Below are positions 26,927 through 39,120 of a stretch of 64,000 bases of DNA, piece after piece. The notes below the pieces were generated by a model. It did not search any database and was not told the origin of the DNA. It saw only the letters and a program-made list of their open reading frames with translations. The stretch is taken from contig OZ024740.1 of NCBI GenBank assembly GCA_964016885.1, positions 391,530,001 to 391,594,000 on the forward strand, given 5' to 3'. The translations under genes were made by a program, and so were the position numbers. Origin of the DNA: Eledone cirrhosa (taxonomy: Eukaryota). How positions within the stretch are numbered: the first letter of the stretch is position 1; each line of letters opens with the position of its first letter.

Positions 26927-28383
26927 TGGGCGCGAAGAGATAGAGTTGCTTCAAAAGGATTAGAAATGAATATTAGATGAAGTATGTGGAAATGCAGAGA
27001 TAGCGAATATGTGTATTGTGGGTGGATATGATAGAAACAGAGGTAGATTGATTGATAAAAAGAGAGAAAGAAAAGTAGTGAGAGATAAGGTGTATTGGCA
27101 TAAAATAGAAGTTTAAAGAGATGAGGGATGCTGTTAGGATCTAAGAGAAGCGAAGAGTGTAGGAGTTGAGAAGAAAGAATATAAATACAATAATATAAAG
27201 AAAATGAGAGGAAAGACAGAAAAAATAAAGCAGAGAAAAACAGAGACAGACAGATAGATGACAGACAGAAAAATATATAGAAAGGAGCATTAGGAATGAG
27301 AAGTAATAAGAAAATGTGTAGAAGGGAGAGAAAAGGAATTGAAAATAATAAAAGTGAAGAAAATATTATAAAACAAATATATCGAAGATTGAATTGAAAG
27401 AAAGAAAAAAGTAGCTGAGTGAAAATGTAAGAAACCCTCTAAGGAAAGCTATGGAAAAATGAAAGAAGTGCATAAAAAGCGCGCAAAAAATAAGAAAGCC
27501 CATAAGGAAAGTAATGATTAAATGAAAGGAGACCATAAAAAATAAGAATGAATGAAATTATAAATACGAGGAGAAATTGTGAGAAAATATGGTTAAATCG
27601 GAAAAAATAAATGTATGACTAACAACCAAATAGGGATATATAAGTAAAATAAAAATATAAGAAAATTTACTTTAAAAAAGATTTCGGTGCACGAAAAACT
27701 AAAAGGTCGGATAAATAGCTGAAATAAATGGATGTGATAAAAGGGAGGGAGTAAGGTGTAAGACTTGGGGATAAAAAATTAAATAAAGTCCTATCTATTT
27801 ATTTATTTATTTATCTATTTATTTATTTTAAATTAAAGACTATAAATAGAATTTGTTGACAGCAAGGAAGGAGAATCGGTAAGAAATTCGAAATGCCAAA
27901 AATAATGATTTCATTTATTAGCCACAAGGGCCGACAAAAATAATGAAAGCCATAAGGATTGAGGTAAAGAAAGTAAGGAAGAAAGAAAGAATGGTATAAA
28001 AAAAAAGCAAGAATTAAACAAACATAAAACAGTGAAACAATGAAAGATATAAAGAAAGAAATAAAGAAAGAAGGCAGGAAAGAAACAAATAAACAACGAA
28101 AGGTAGAAACAAACACACAAATAAAGAAACAAAGGAGTGAGAGACAAAGATTTCACATATAAGCCGAAGGTCAGTAGAAATTCGCAAGGAAACGGATTTT
28201 AACTGATGGAGCTGTTGTAGTTATATGAGTGACCCATGTTTTACTGACCCTGGAAGGTCAAAATGGTCAGTTAATTTGTATCCAGAACTTAAGATGAGTG
28301 TAGAAACAAATGTGAAGACATTTACTCTGATGCTCATCTTAGTTAATCTTCTAAGACTTTTGCCTGATGAGATAGAGAAATTC

Positions 28384-28458
<75 letters not shown>

Positions 28459-28516
28459 CATGTATGAATATATGTATGTATATATGTATATATGTATGTA
28501 TGTATATGCATATGGT

Positions 28517-28566
<50 letters not shown>

Positions 28567-28635
28567 TATATATATATATACACACACACACTTCGTCGAA
28601 ACGGCAAGAGCATAGCTGTCGGGCAGCAACTTATT

Positions 28636-28669
<34 letters not shown>

Positions 28670-28721
28670 TCGCGCACACGCACGCATATATATATATATA
28701 TGTGTGGTGCTCGCGAGTGTA

Positions 28722-28960
28722 AAGGCGCGTGGATTATTAGTTAAAGTGTACGGTATACGATTGTAATGTAAGAGGGGTTCCCAGTGGCCCTTCGTGCCCT
28801 TGAGCAAATCATTATTCACGTAAAAATGAGTTGTATCTGTAATTTAAAGGGCCAGCCTTGTGATATGCTATACAGCCTGAATCTTCCCGAGAACTATGTT
28901 AAGGATACACTTGTTAGCAGTCTGTTTCGCTGCTCGACAACCTGGAACACTTATTTTCCG
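28722..28960 (+). mobile_element. Degenerate second SINE family
   Basis: tRNA-like 5' start (ggcgcgtgg..tagttaaagtg), a cccttgagcaa core and aaaaatgagttgta. Recognised from memory, not aligned. Confidence 0.45.
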
Positions 28961-29086
28961 AACCAACATAGAGAGAGAGACAGACAGACAGACAGACACA
29001 CGCCAACGCATTATGTATATATATATATATACGTATACACACACACATACACACACACACATATATATTTATATATATATATATAT

Positions 29087-29271
29087 ATAGGAAAAAGTAT
29101 GACCCCGACGGCAGAGCTCAAGCCGTTTCGACGGCTATTTGAAATAGCCGTCGAAACGGCTTGAGCCCTGCCGTCGGGGTTATACTTTTCCCTATTTCCC
29201 ACTCTACTACTCTAAGTATTGAGTACTCTGGTGCGTTACGGTCCATCTGGTCCCTTACCACAATTCCTTTG
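29087..29271. repeat. 109-bp near-perfect palindrome plus unpaired tail, (TA)n-flanked
   Basis: 29087-29195 is symmetric about G29141. Confidence 0.85.
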
Positions 29272-29355
<84 letters not shown>

Positions 29356-29387
29356 AAAATTGTAAACTTGACTGACACCACTTAATA

Positions 29388-29426
29388 TGAACCTGAAGAT
29401 TGCGAAAGCATGAAAGTACTTGTTCA
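29388..29426 (+). ncRNA. Compact type I hammerhead ribozyme
   Basis: UGAAC-CUGAAGA-u-UGC(GAAA)GCA-u-GAAA-GUAC-UU^GUUCA. 5-bp stem I, GNRA loop II, palindromic stem III. Confidence 0.8.
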
Positions 29427-29483
29427 ATTAACATTTAACATTTAATATTCTACCATACTATTTCATTATAATATCATTAAAAA

Positions 29484-29568
29484 TTCATCCTTACGGGGTC
29501 GATAAAATAAAGTACCAGTAATGTACTGGGATAATTGCTGGCCTTGTGCCAAAAGTAGAAACAATTAT
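29484..29568 (+). mobile_element. 5'-truncated SINE (Nin-like core)
   Basis: ttcatccttacggggtcgataaaataaagtaccag...gccaaaagtagaaacaatt. Confidence 0.75.
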
Positions 29569-29737
29569 AATTTTAAAGGATTGTAAATAAAACGAGTAAA
29601 TCAGACAAAGTTTGAATTCCTTTTATTAATATATATATATATATATCTTTCTCTCTCTCTCTATATATATATATACACACATATATATATATATACATAT
29701 ATATATTTATATATATATACATATATATATATTTATA

Positions 29738-29811
<74 letters not shown>

Positions 29812-30389
29812 CATATTTATATTTATATATATATAAATATATATATATATTTATGTAGATAGATAGATAGATAGAGAGAGAGAGAAAGGTGCCTTTGAGA
29901 CAGGCAACAGTGATGGAAAGGAAATGATTACGTGATGACATAACAAAAATAATAAAACCAGAAGGAATAATGGAAGAAAGACATTTAGTTGTTTTTCTTA
30001 AATATCACCTCCAAAAGACGTATACAAAGTTTTGTTGAGGTAATTATTATTACTATTAGTAGTCCAAATACCGCCGTGGTCAGCTTTGGTCTTTCATGCT
30101 TCTGAGGTGATAAAATAAAGTAACAGTCAAGTACTGGAGTTGATAAAATGACTTTCCCCTTACCCGATTTTTTGGGGGGGTGTAGGGGGGGGGGGGGGCT
30201 TGTGCCTATGTTAGAAGCCATTATTACTAGAAGTAGTAGGCTGGTTGCAAGAACTAGGGAAAAACACTGCCTTTGTTGCGTCAGGATAATCTGTAGTTAT
30301 GTCTGGAGTGCCACGAATCACCCTGTGCGTTTTTTTCCCTATTTATGTCATTTTGTCCACTAATAATTCTGTTTCTTATTACCTATCTA

Positions 30390-30530
30390 CAGGTAAAATT
30401 CCGTTATAACGAATACCATTATAACGAATTTTTCAGTATAACGAAATTCTTTTCAATCCCGACCACACGCTCGATGTGTTAAGTAGATCTTGTTATAAAG
30501 AATTTTTTGTTACAACGAAATTTTTCTTAT
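30390..30530 (+). mobile_element. Probable terminus of a pogo/Tigger-like DNA transposon or MITE
   Basis: TA followed by CAGGTAAAATTCCGTTATAACGAA, with repeated TATAACGAA subterminal motifs. No second end found. Confidence 0.4.
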
Positions 30531-30579
30531 ACCCAATGTAAATTATTTACAGTTTTCTTCATTACATTATTATTATTAT

Positions 30580-30815
30580 AGTTACGGCCCTTTACGTTCT
30601 GAGTTCAAATCTCGCCGAGGTTAACTTTGCCTTTCATCCTTACGGGGTCGATAAAATAGAGTACCAGTAACACACTGGGGGCGATTTAATCAACTTGCCC
30701 CTTCCCCAAAAATTGTAGGCCTTGTGCCAAAATCAGACATCATTATTAGTATTATAAAGTACCAGAAATGTACTGGGAAATTGCTGGCCTTGTGCCAAAA
30801 GTAGAAACAATTATT
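30580..30815 (+). mobile_element. SINE copy plus SINE 3' fragment
   Basis: B-box and Nin-like core, followed by a second aaagtaccag...tagaaacaatt tail. Confidence 0.75.
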
Positions 30816-31395
30816 ATTAGTAGTATTGACAATGGAAAAAGTTAAAGAAATAGTGTAGAACAAGAAAAGAAAGGTTTAAATGCTCACAATAAAATACAGT
30901 AAACACAGGGAAACATTTATATATAAAATCAAATAAACGATTCAGAATTAATTGAAAGAAAAGGAGAAGAAAATTAGTATAAGGAAATGTTTATGAAGAA
31001 AGAAAAGAAAATGTAAAGATATAAGGAATATTATGTAAAGCATTATGAGATGATGTTAAAGTGATTCCAAGTGAGAGAATCTTAATACCTGTTGAAGACG
31101 GAATGTAAAATCAGTATCAGCAGCAGCAGTAGTTATATTGTGTGTGCTCGGTGCACCAATCTCAGCTAATATAGTTGTGAGTCAAGGAATAAACATCAAA
31201 TTGTCACGCCAAGGTGTGTGTAATAATAATAATAGTAATAATAATAGTAATGATTTCTTTATTGACCACCAGGGTTGACACAAAGCATAACATTAAGGAC
31301 AGCACAGGACGGTACAAATGGGCGTTTCTGCATGTAAACATAACACAAAAACAAAGGATAATAATAATAATAATGATAATAATAGTAATATTAAT

Positions 31396-31505
31396 AATAA
31401 TTGTTTCTACTTTTGGCACAAGGCCAGCAATTACCAGTACATTACTGGTACTTTTTATCGACCCCGTAAGGATGAAAGGCAAAGTTAACCTCGGCGGGAT
31501 TTGAA
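31396..31505 (-). mobile_element. Truncated SINE in (ATA)n
   Basis: Same core as the 6504 copy. Confidence 0.75.
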
Positions 31506-31684
31506 TAATAATAATAATAATAATTCCTAAATTTGCCCTAAATTTGCCCAATAAAATAGACTGGTATATTAAAATATAGTATAAATCTAACTTATGTTTG
31601 TATACCGTTATATATACATACATACATACATGCATACATACATATATACATATACATACATACATACATACATACATACATACA

Positions 31685-31720
<36 letters not shown>

Positions 31721-31740
31721 TACATACATATATACATACA

Positions 31741-31774
<34 letters not shown>

Positions 31775-31783
31775 CATACATAC

Positions 31784-31816
<33 letters not shown>

Positions 31817-31872
31817 CATACATGCATACATATATACATACATATATACATACATATATACATACAGATATA

Positions 31873-31967
31873 CAAGGTGTCCAAAAATGTATACACACTT
31901 CAACAGCATTCTAATAAATATTGCTTGTACAGGTAATCAAAGTGTGTATACACTTTTTAGAGACACC

Positions 31968-31970
<3 letters not shown>
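31873..31970. mobile_element. 98-bp Tc1/mariner-type MITE
   Basis: Imperfect ~28 bp TIRs caaggtgtccaaaaatgtatacacactt / aagtgtgtatacactttttagagacaccctg, with TA on both sides. The right TIR is locally repeated at ~32119-32146. Confidence 0.7.
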
Positions 31971-32026
<56 letters not shown>

Positions 32027-32050
32027 TGTGTGTGTGATATAATATATACA

Positions 32051-32112
<62 letters not shown>

Positions 32113-32253
32113 TATGCATGTATATACACGTTTTAGAGACACCCTGTATATATATATATATGCGTGTGTGTGTGTGAGTGATATAATATATACATGCATA
32201 TATATATAAATAAAGGATTATGAGTTCATGCAATTGACTTATGTTTCGTCACT

Positions 32254-32304
<51 letters not shown>

Positions 32305-33133
32305 CACATATAAACAATGATAAACACAGTGGATGAACATATTGCAGTTGATAATGGTGAAGATGAAGATGATGATAAAAACCATCATCCTCAAGAACCT
32401 GATGTTTGGGGGTCACTGATATTTAGCCTTGGAACAAATCCCTTTATTATAAAGTAGGGATAGCCGATTGCATAACAGCCATTTATACAACAGGTATAAT
32501 TTCTGAGCTTAAATTACCGGTTTAAATTGAACTCACAACAATCTGGTATACTAGTGACTTGTATGTATATATCTACCTCTCCCTTACCACTACCAGCTGA
32601 CTGAATATACAATATACGTCAGACAACGTGAATAACAACAACATTAACAACGGCAACAATAAAGCGGGAGAAACTCGACGGTGATCGACGGTAACCACAG
32701 GAGTTTTTGATCAGGTTGCAGCGGTTTTGGTGGCGGTAATGTTGCAGGCGACTGTGTTGAACCTCAGTGTATCACTGCTATATTGTTTTGCTATGGGCCG
32801 AAGCATCGGCGATAACGACAACCGCAATACCTACGAGCCAGGAGATGGACCACTACGTGAGCACTCCAGATGCTAGAAATAGCAGACACATCTCCCTCAC
32901 AAACATACCCTGTATTCTTAAGGGGGGGAAAATAAAGAAGCAACAATGAGTAGCATAGTGTTGAATATACTGCCTGGAAGAAACACGAAGAAAAAGATCG
33001 CATCTTGATTACCCTTGATCATACATCTGTTCAACCAGACCTCACCTGAGTGAGACTATAAAACAACGGTGTTAATAACTATAACAACAATAGTAAGCAC
33101 AACAGCAATAACAACAACAATGATATCACAAAT

Positions 33134-33170
<37 letters not shown>

Positions 33171-33391
33171 GCTACTACTACTACTGCTACTACTACTACT
33201 ACTACTATTGCAAAAGCCTTCCTTACCTGCTTCAAAATCCGTTTTCGTTCACCTTTAGTGTAATCGGTAGGATCCTGTGATTAAAAGCAACGAAGGAATT
33301 GCCTTGTGTGGTATATTGTGCGTGTGGACTGGGTGTTAGGGGTGGGGTGCTTACGATTTTTATGCATGAGTTACGTGTATGTATGTCAATA

Positions 33392-33424
<33 letters not shown>

Positions 33425-33761
33425 CTGTGCGTTGTGTCGGTGGCGATGTGTGATGTGTTGTTAACCGTGTGTTTGTGTGTCTGTGTTACAGAAGAGAGTG
33501 ACGTCTATACGTACGGTAAGCAACGTTGCACAAATAAAACAAGTAGTAGGATGATAAAGACAGTCTATTTTCTTTCTCTTTTTATTTTTCAGTTTTTACA
33601 CATTTTGTCTTTGCTTTGACGTGATGATAAACGTTTGTCAAACGGTGTTAATCTCTAAACAGCTTTAGTTACTGATATGTGTACACACACGCACAAACAC
33701 ACACATATGTGTATGTATGTATGTATGTATGTGTATATATATATATGTGTGTGTGTGTGTG

Positions 33762-33908
<147 letters not shown>

Positions 33909-34510
33909 CTATATATACACGTTTGTATGTATGTTCACGTAAGAGATTGCTACTTTCAGGCTGGACAACGGTTAACTGGATGAATGGATGAATGGATGGA
34001 TGAGCGGGTAAGTTACCAGAGGAGATAGTATTAGGATGTATAGAAGTGCATGGGTAAATGGTGGGATGTCTAGATGACTAAGAGACAGTAAGCGCTGCGT
34101 GAGAGAGGTATCGCAAAGGTATGCTTTGAGCTGGGAATATGGTAGGTATGCATCATACTGGTGTCCCTGTATGTTCGTGTGTCGGTATCGGTATGGCGTG
34201 TATGTGATCACTTGTACATATATATGTGTATTTGCGTAAGGCTATATACATTTGTGTGTGTGTGTGTGTGTGTGTGATTGTGATTGAATTCTGTTTAGTA
34301 ACCCTCTTTCTGTTTATGTGAGTGTATATACGTAGTAGTGGGTGCGCGTGCGCGTGTGTTCGTTGTTAGCTCTTGCACATGAGGCTGAGTTAATGCAATG
34401 AATAAACAAATAATTAAAGGTGCCTGTATCCATATGAATCACTGTATATTACATATGAATGTGTACATGACTACACATTTATATGTTTGTACGTATATAT
34501 ATAGTAGTAG

Positions 34511-34559
<49 letters not shown>

Positions 34560-34560
<1 letters not shown>

Positions 34561-35780
34561 TAGCAGAAGTACCCGGCGTTGCCTGGGTTAAAGAAAATAA
34601 TTTCATTCAAAACTTGATATATTTTCTCAGTACTTATTGTGATTAGTGATTCTAGCATTACCGGCGTAACAAATTCAGTGTGATCTTCATTATCATCGTA
34701 ATCATCCTTTATACGCCCGCTTTTCCACGCTTGCATGGGTTGTACGTGTACTTTCCAGCACAGAATCGCTCCATTCGTCGCATTCCTTTGTCATCACCTC
34801 TGCGAGTTTCAGCGATTTGAGATCGGGTCTCACCATCTCTGCCCAGGTCTTCCTTGATCTTCCTCTTCTGCGGCTTCCTTCCATTGGCATTTCCTGGTAC
34901 TTCTTCATCCAGCGATCCTCATCCATGCGCATCACATGTCCGTACCAACACAGTCTTCTTTTCTGCACACCACTTCAGATTCCTCTTAAACTCAGTTTCC
35001 CTCTCAACTCTGCCTTTCTCTCACATTTACTTTGCACATCCAATGAAGCATGTTTTCTTCATTTCTCTTCAGTCTACGCATGTCCTCTGCAGTAATATCC
35101 CATGTTTCACTACTATGTAGCACCACATGTCCTCTGCAGTCAGAGCCCTTGTTTCACTACCACGCAGCATCACTCTTCACACACAGGTGCCATACAGTCG
35201 TCGTTTTTGTATGTAAGGAGAAAGATTTTGTTGTCAATAGTGGGAGCAGCTCTCTAAACTTTTTGTATCTTATTTTTATTCTATTATGCTCTCCGAGTAC
35301 CCTCATCCACTGCAAATCAAGTCCCCTGGATAGCAGATCAACAACAATGATAAACTTGATATAGAAAACACATAAAAAGCAAATTATGATAAAACTTCTT
35401 TACATAAAACATTATGAGTTTTTCTCAATAGAGTATAACTGAAAAGATTTTTTGAACCTCCAGCACGTGAGCATCCAACATACAATTGTCCATGAGAGAA
35501 GCAAAGCAGTTACTGATAATATCTGTCTCTGAGATTTGTTGATGGACATTGCAAAACTTAGTCTAATTGGAACCTGTACTCTCTTTTAAATTGTATTGGT
35601 AAATCAGCAGGTATTAACGGAATTCTTGTAATAAATACATTATCACCCGCTCCACATCCAGAGAGTATAGTAGCTTCTATAAAATGAGGCATCATTTTCT
35701 TCACAACAAGTCTTATTCCATTGCACAATTTTGGAGGATCTAAATTTATTAGAAGGATTATAGGTGCTCCAAGTTTCAAT
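34560..35780 (-). mobile_element. Helitron 3' remnant (Pif1 helicase C-terminus), interrupted by a LINE fragment
   Basis: Minus-strand end: hairpin ACCCAGGCAACGCCGGGT then CTAG|T. LGAPIILLINLDPPKLCNGIRL (35558-35779) and decayed FAMSINKSQ / FSHGQLYVGCSR motifs. Confidence 0.8.
34682..35330 (-). mobile_element. RTE-type LINE 3' fragment
   Basis: RRLCWYGHVMRMDEDR..RRRGRSRKTW followed by a degenerate (GAT)n tail. Confidence 0.75.
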
Positions 35781-36019
35781 TATTCATTTTTTTTTATCTC
35801 TATTTCTTTCTCCCTTATTCATTCAATATTAACTTGCTTAACTTTATCGTTTTGCTTTCGGAGCAATATACGAAAATGTGGCATATAATAACACACACGG
35901 GCTAAATATGAAGTAGATATGACTAAAAGGAAGAGATATAATGAATGTATGGACACACGTTCTGTAGCTTTAGTGACGGCTAACATGTTGATGGGGAACA
36001 TATGAAGAAAAAAACAAAA

Positions 36020-36050
<31 letters not shown>

Positions 36051-36554
36051 TATACGGGCTAAATATGAAGTTAAATTTTTCTGTTAATGAAGGATGTAAG
36101 TCGAGTCAAATTTTGTTGAATAAGGACTTGCTGCATTACCTTTCTTCTATTTTTCAGAACCAACGACCAAAAGCTAAGGCTTGAGTCAAATTTCAGTAGA
36201 ATGAAGTCTCACTACATTAACTTTCAGTTATATTTCGAAAACAGAAAAACTTATGGAGATGAAAATGCAAAAAGAAAAAAAAAAACAATACAGTTTTCTC
36301 TGTTGCCATGAATCAAGACGTGTGTCACTCACTTTCTTCAACTCTGTTTCTTTCAACCCTCATTCATTCATAGCTAACTTACTTACTTAATTCCATCTTC
36401 TGCTTTCGAAGCTATATACAAAAATGTGACATATAATGACACACACGGGAAAGATATGAAAAAGGTATATATACATAGAGGCTAAATATGAAGTAGATAT
36501 GACCACACGGAAGAGATATAAAGAATATATGACCACACGTGCTGCTGCCGATAA

Positions 36555-36880
36555 TTGATAAAGTACGTAGCTCGGAGATCAGAGATTTGCTCCAGTTAGA
36601 GCCACTACTTCTCTGAATTGAGAGATCACAGCTCTGTTACTATGGGCATGTGGTTAGAATGTCTCAGGAAAGAATCGCTCGATAGATTTTACGGGAAAAA
36701 CCAACCGGCAGGAGCCCCATGGGTAGACCCCAAGCAAGCTGATAGATAACATCCATGAACTTGGCTGGTCACGCTTGGGGATCCAGCCGGATCAGTTGGA
36801 GATGATTGCTTCTGACAGGAACCGCTGGAAAGAGTGTTTCAGGAATCTGCCCCCACGACCCTCTCAGGACTAAGTGGGCG
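36555..36880 (+). mobile_element. RTE-type LINE 3' fragment
   Basis: Decayed VRSSEIRDLLQLEPLLL*IERSQLCYYGHVVRM..GRP. Homologous to 38995-39120. Confidence 0.7.
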
Positions 36881-36908
36881 AAAAAGAGGAGATCTCAACA
36901 CAAATGCA

Positions 36909-36979
36909 TGCTACCTCAGGTTTCAAATTTCCATAAGACATAGACACTCTATATCTGCTAGTATAATTATCTTCAGGCA
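36909..36979 (-). ncRNA. Type I hammerhead ribozyme with extended stem II
   Basis: UGC-CUGAAGA-u-AAUU..AGAUAUAGA(gug)UCUAUGUCU..AAUU-u-GAAA-CCUGAGG-UA^GCA. Confidence 0.7.
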
Positions 36980-36983
36980 AAAC

Positions 36984-37015
<32 letters not shown>

Positions 37016-37111
37016 TGGTCGTTTTGGAAGCCTCAACAATGCAAATGGGTAAATCTCCGGGTAACAGAATCAGGTGGTAATGAGAGAGAGAGAGAGGGGA
37101 GAGAGGGGAGA

Positions 37112-37195
<84 letters not shown>

Positions 37196-38795
37196 TAAGA
37201 GGAAGAGGAAATGTAGAATGAGACGTATAGGGTGTAGAGGAACATAGGAAAGAGTGTACAAATAATAACACGAGGTAGAACTACCTTGGAAGTGATTTAA
37301 TTGTCCCTATATTTCGGATTTCGCATCCATCAACTGGGGTTTTCTGAGGTGACAACACGTGGCCTCTGTTGTTTATCGTGTGCGTACACGATGATTTATT
37401 TTCCTGTGCAAAATATATGTACGTTATTCAATGTCTCTTTCCGATTTTGAGGCTGATAGATTTAGGAGTGACAGGAAAGGATGCCACAAGAAAAAAGTCA
37501 CAGAGAAAGGTTGGAGCCAAAACGTCACTAAAAAATATCTCAAGTTATATAGATACCATAACTAATAAAATAATTAAACATAATATTTTATACATATAAA
37601 AATGAGAAAACTCATCGCTAGAACAGCCGTTAAAACAATAAAATACTGTCAAAGACAGCGATGGGCAAAAATGCCTCAGATGACAGAGACCAGCGGCCAG
37701 TGGTCAACAGTCTCTTTGTTGACCACTGGCCGATTTGTCTCGATCAGATACAACAATGTTTTTTCATTTAATAATATTTTATGTCACTTATTAACTGATA
37801 ATTCATAATTAGTATATAACACACTGTAAACAACTATATATTACAGGAAATTGAAAAATAAATCATTCTTTATTTCCATGTCTTAAATAAAACAATAGAA
37901 AATCATTAAATCAGTCATGTATTGAAGAATCCGTTAAACATTTTCTTGGTTATTGTTTTTCCCTGAAGATTTTATTTCAAGGACACCTATTTAGGTATAT
38001 TTGGTAGCTATTTCTAGCTTGCCGAGGGAATACGTAGAAGCTCCTATGTGTGTAGATGTTTAATTAATGTGATTATGTGTATGTGCATGTGGGTGTGCAC
38101 CTCTGTGTATGTTTTGAGTGTACGATGAGTACAAATGCAATAAAAGAATTTGCATCTTTTCACCAACACCGAATTGTGAGGTTCGTGGTGGCGTTACCAA
38201 AGGCATGTATTTTTAAATAACCTAGTTCACCTTACTATATTAGGTATACGCTGTACACAGACTATCATTGGAAGAAAATAGCTGTTCTGTCCATTATATT
38301 TTAAAATGCCACCTAACAGTGAGTTGCATCCAGTACAGTGTCTTCATTCAAATCATTTAAGTTTCAGTGATCCACTCCATTTTATTGTCATTTTATACAA
38401 TAAGCGATACAGTTTGCTGCTGTAAGCAGCTGTAATAACACCATAAAACTAACAATTGTTGCATCAACTTTCATTTCAAGTTGAGACAGAGTTATTCTCC
38501 CAGATACTCTTGGAACATTTCAGGAAGAGGAATTATTCAGTGATCCTCTAATGACACCACGTGTTATAGAACACAATATTGCCACTTTCGTTTCGTTTTA
38601 CAATCGGAGGGTCTTCTCTAGTGGAAGTTTTTACTTTGGTAGTGTAGTCTATGTAATGTATGGAATATCTTCATCTATGTGTTAAATGATTAATCTCCCT
38701 CATATTCGAATTAATAAGTTGAAGATAATGATAAATGATAAATTATGAATATAAATGACAATGTTATTCAAATTCCTCATCATGTTCAACAATGC

Positions 38796-39120
38796 CTTCT
38801 TCTTCTTCTTCTTCTTCTTCTTCTTCTTCTTCTTCTTCTTCTTCTTCTTCTTCTTCTTCTTCTTCTTCTTCTTCTTCTTCTTCTTCTTCTTCTTCTTCTT
38901 CTTCTTCTTCTTCTTCTTCTTCTTCTTCTTCTTCTTCTTCTTCTTCTTCTTCTTCTTCTTCTTCTTCTTCTTCTTCTTCTTCTTCTTCTTCTCCCACTTA
39001 TTCGTGGGAGCAGAGTCCATAAACACTCCTTTCAGCTGGTCCTCTCAGAAGCAACCGTCTCCAACTGATCCGGCTGGATCCCCAAGCCTGATCAGCCAAG
39101 CTCATGGATGTTATCCAATC
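38796..39120 (-). mobile_element. RTE-type LINE 3' end with ~(GAA)65 tail
   Basis: 38995-39120 is a reverse-complement homologue of 36740-36880. A pure (TTC)n tract at 38796-38992 abuts its 3' end. Confidence 0.7.

Noticed and set aside
28364-28385. CTGATGAGATAGAGAAA
   Set aside because: No stem II or stem I pairing; chance match.
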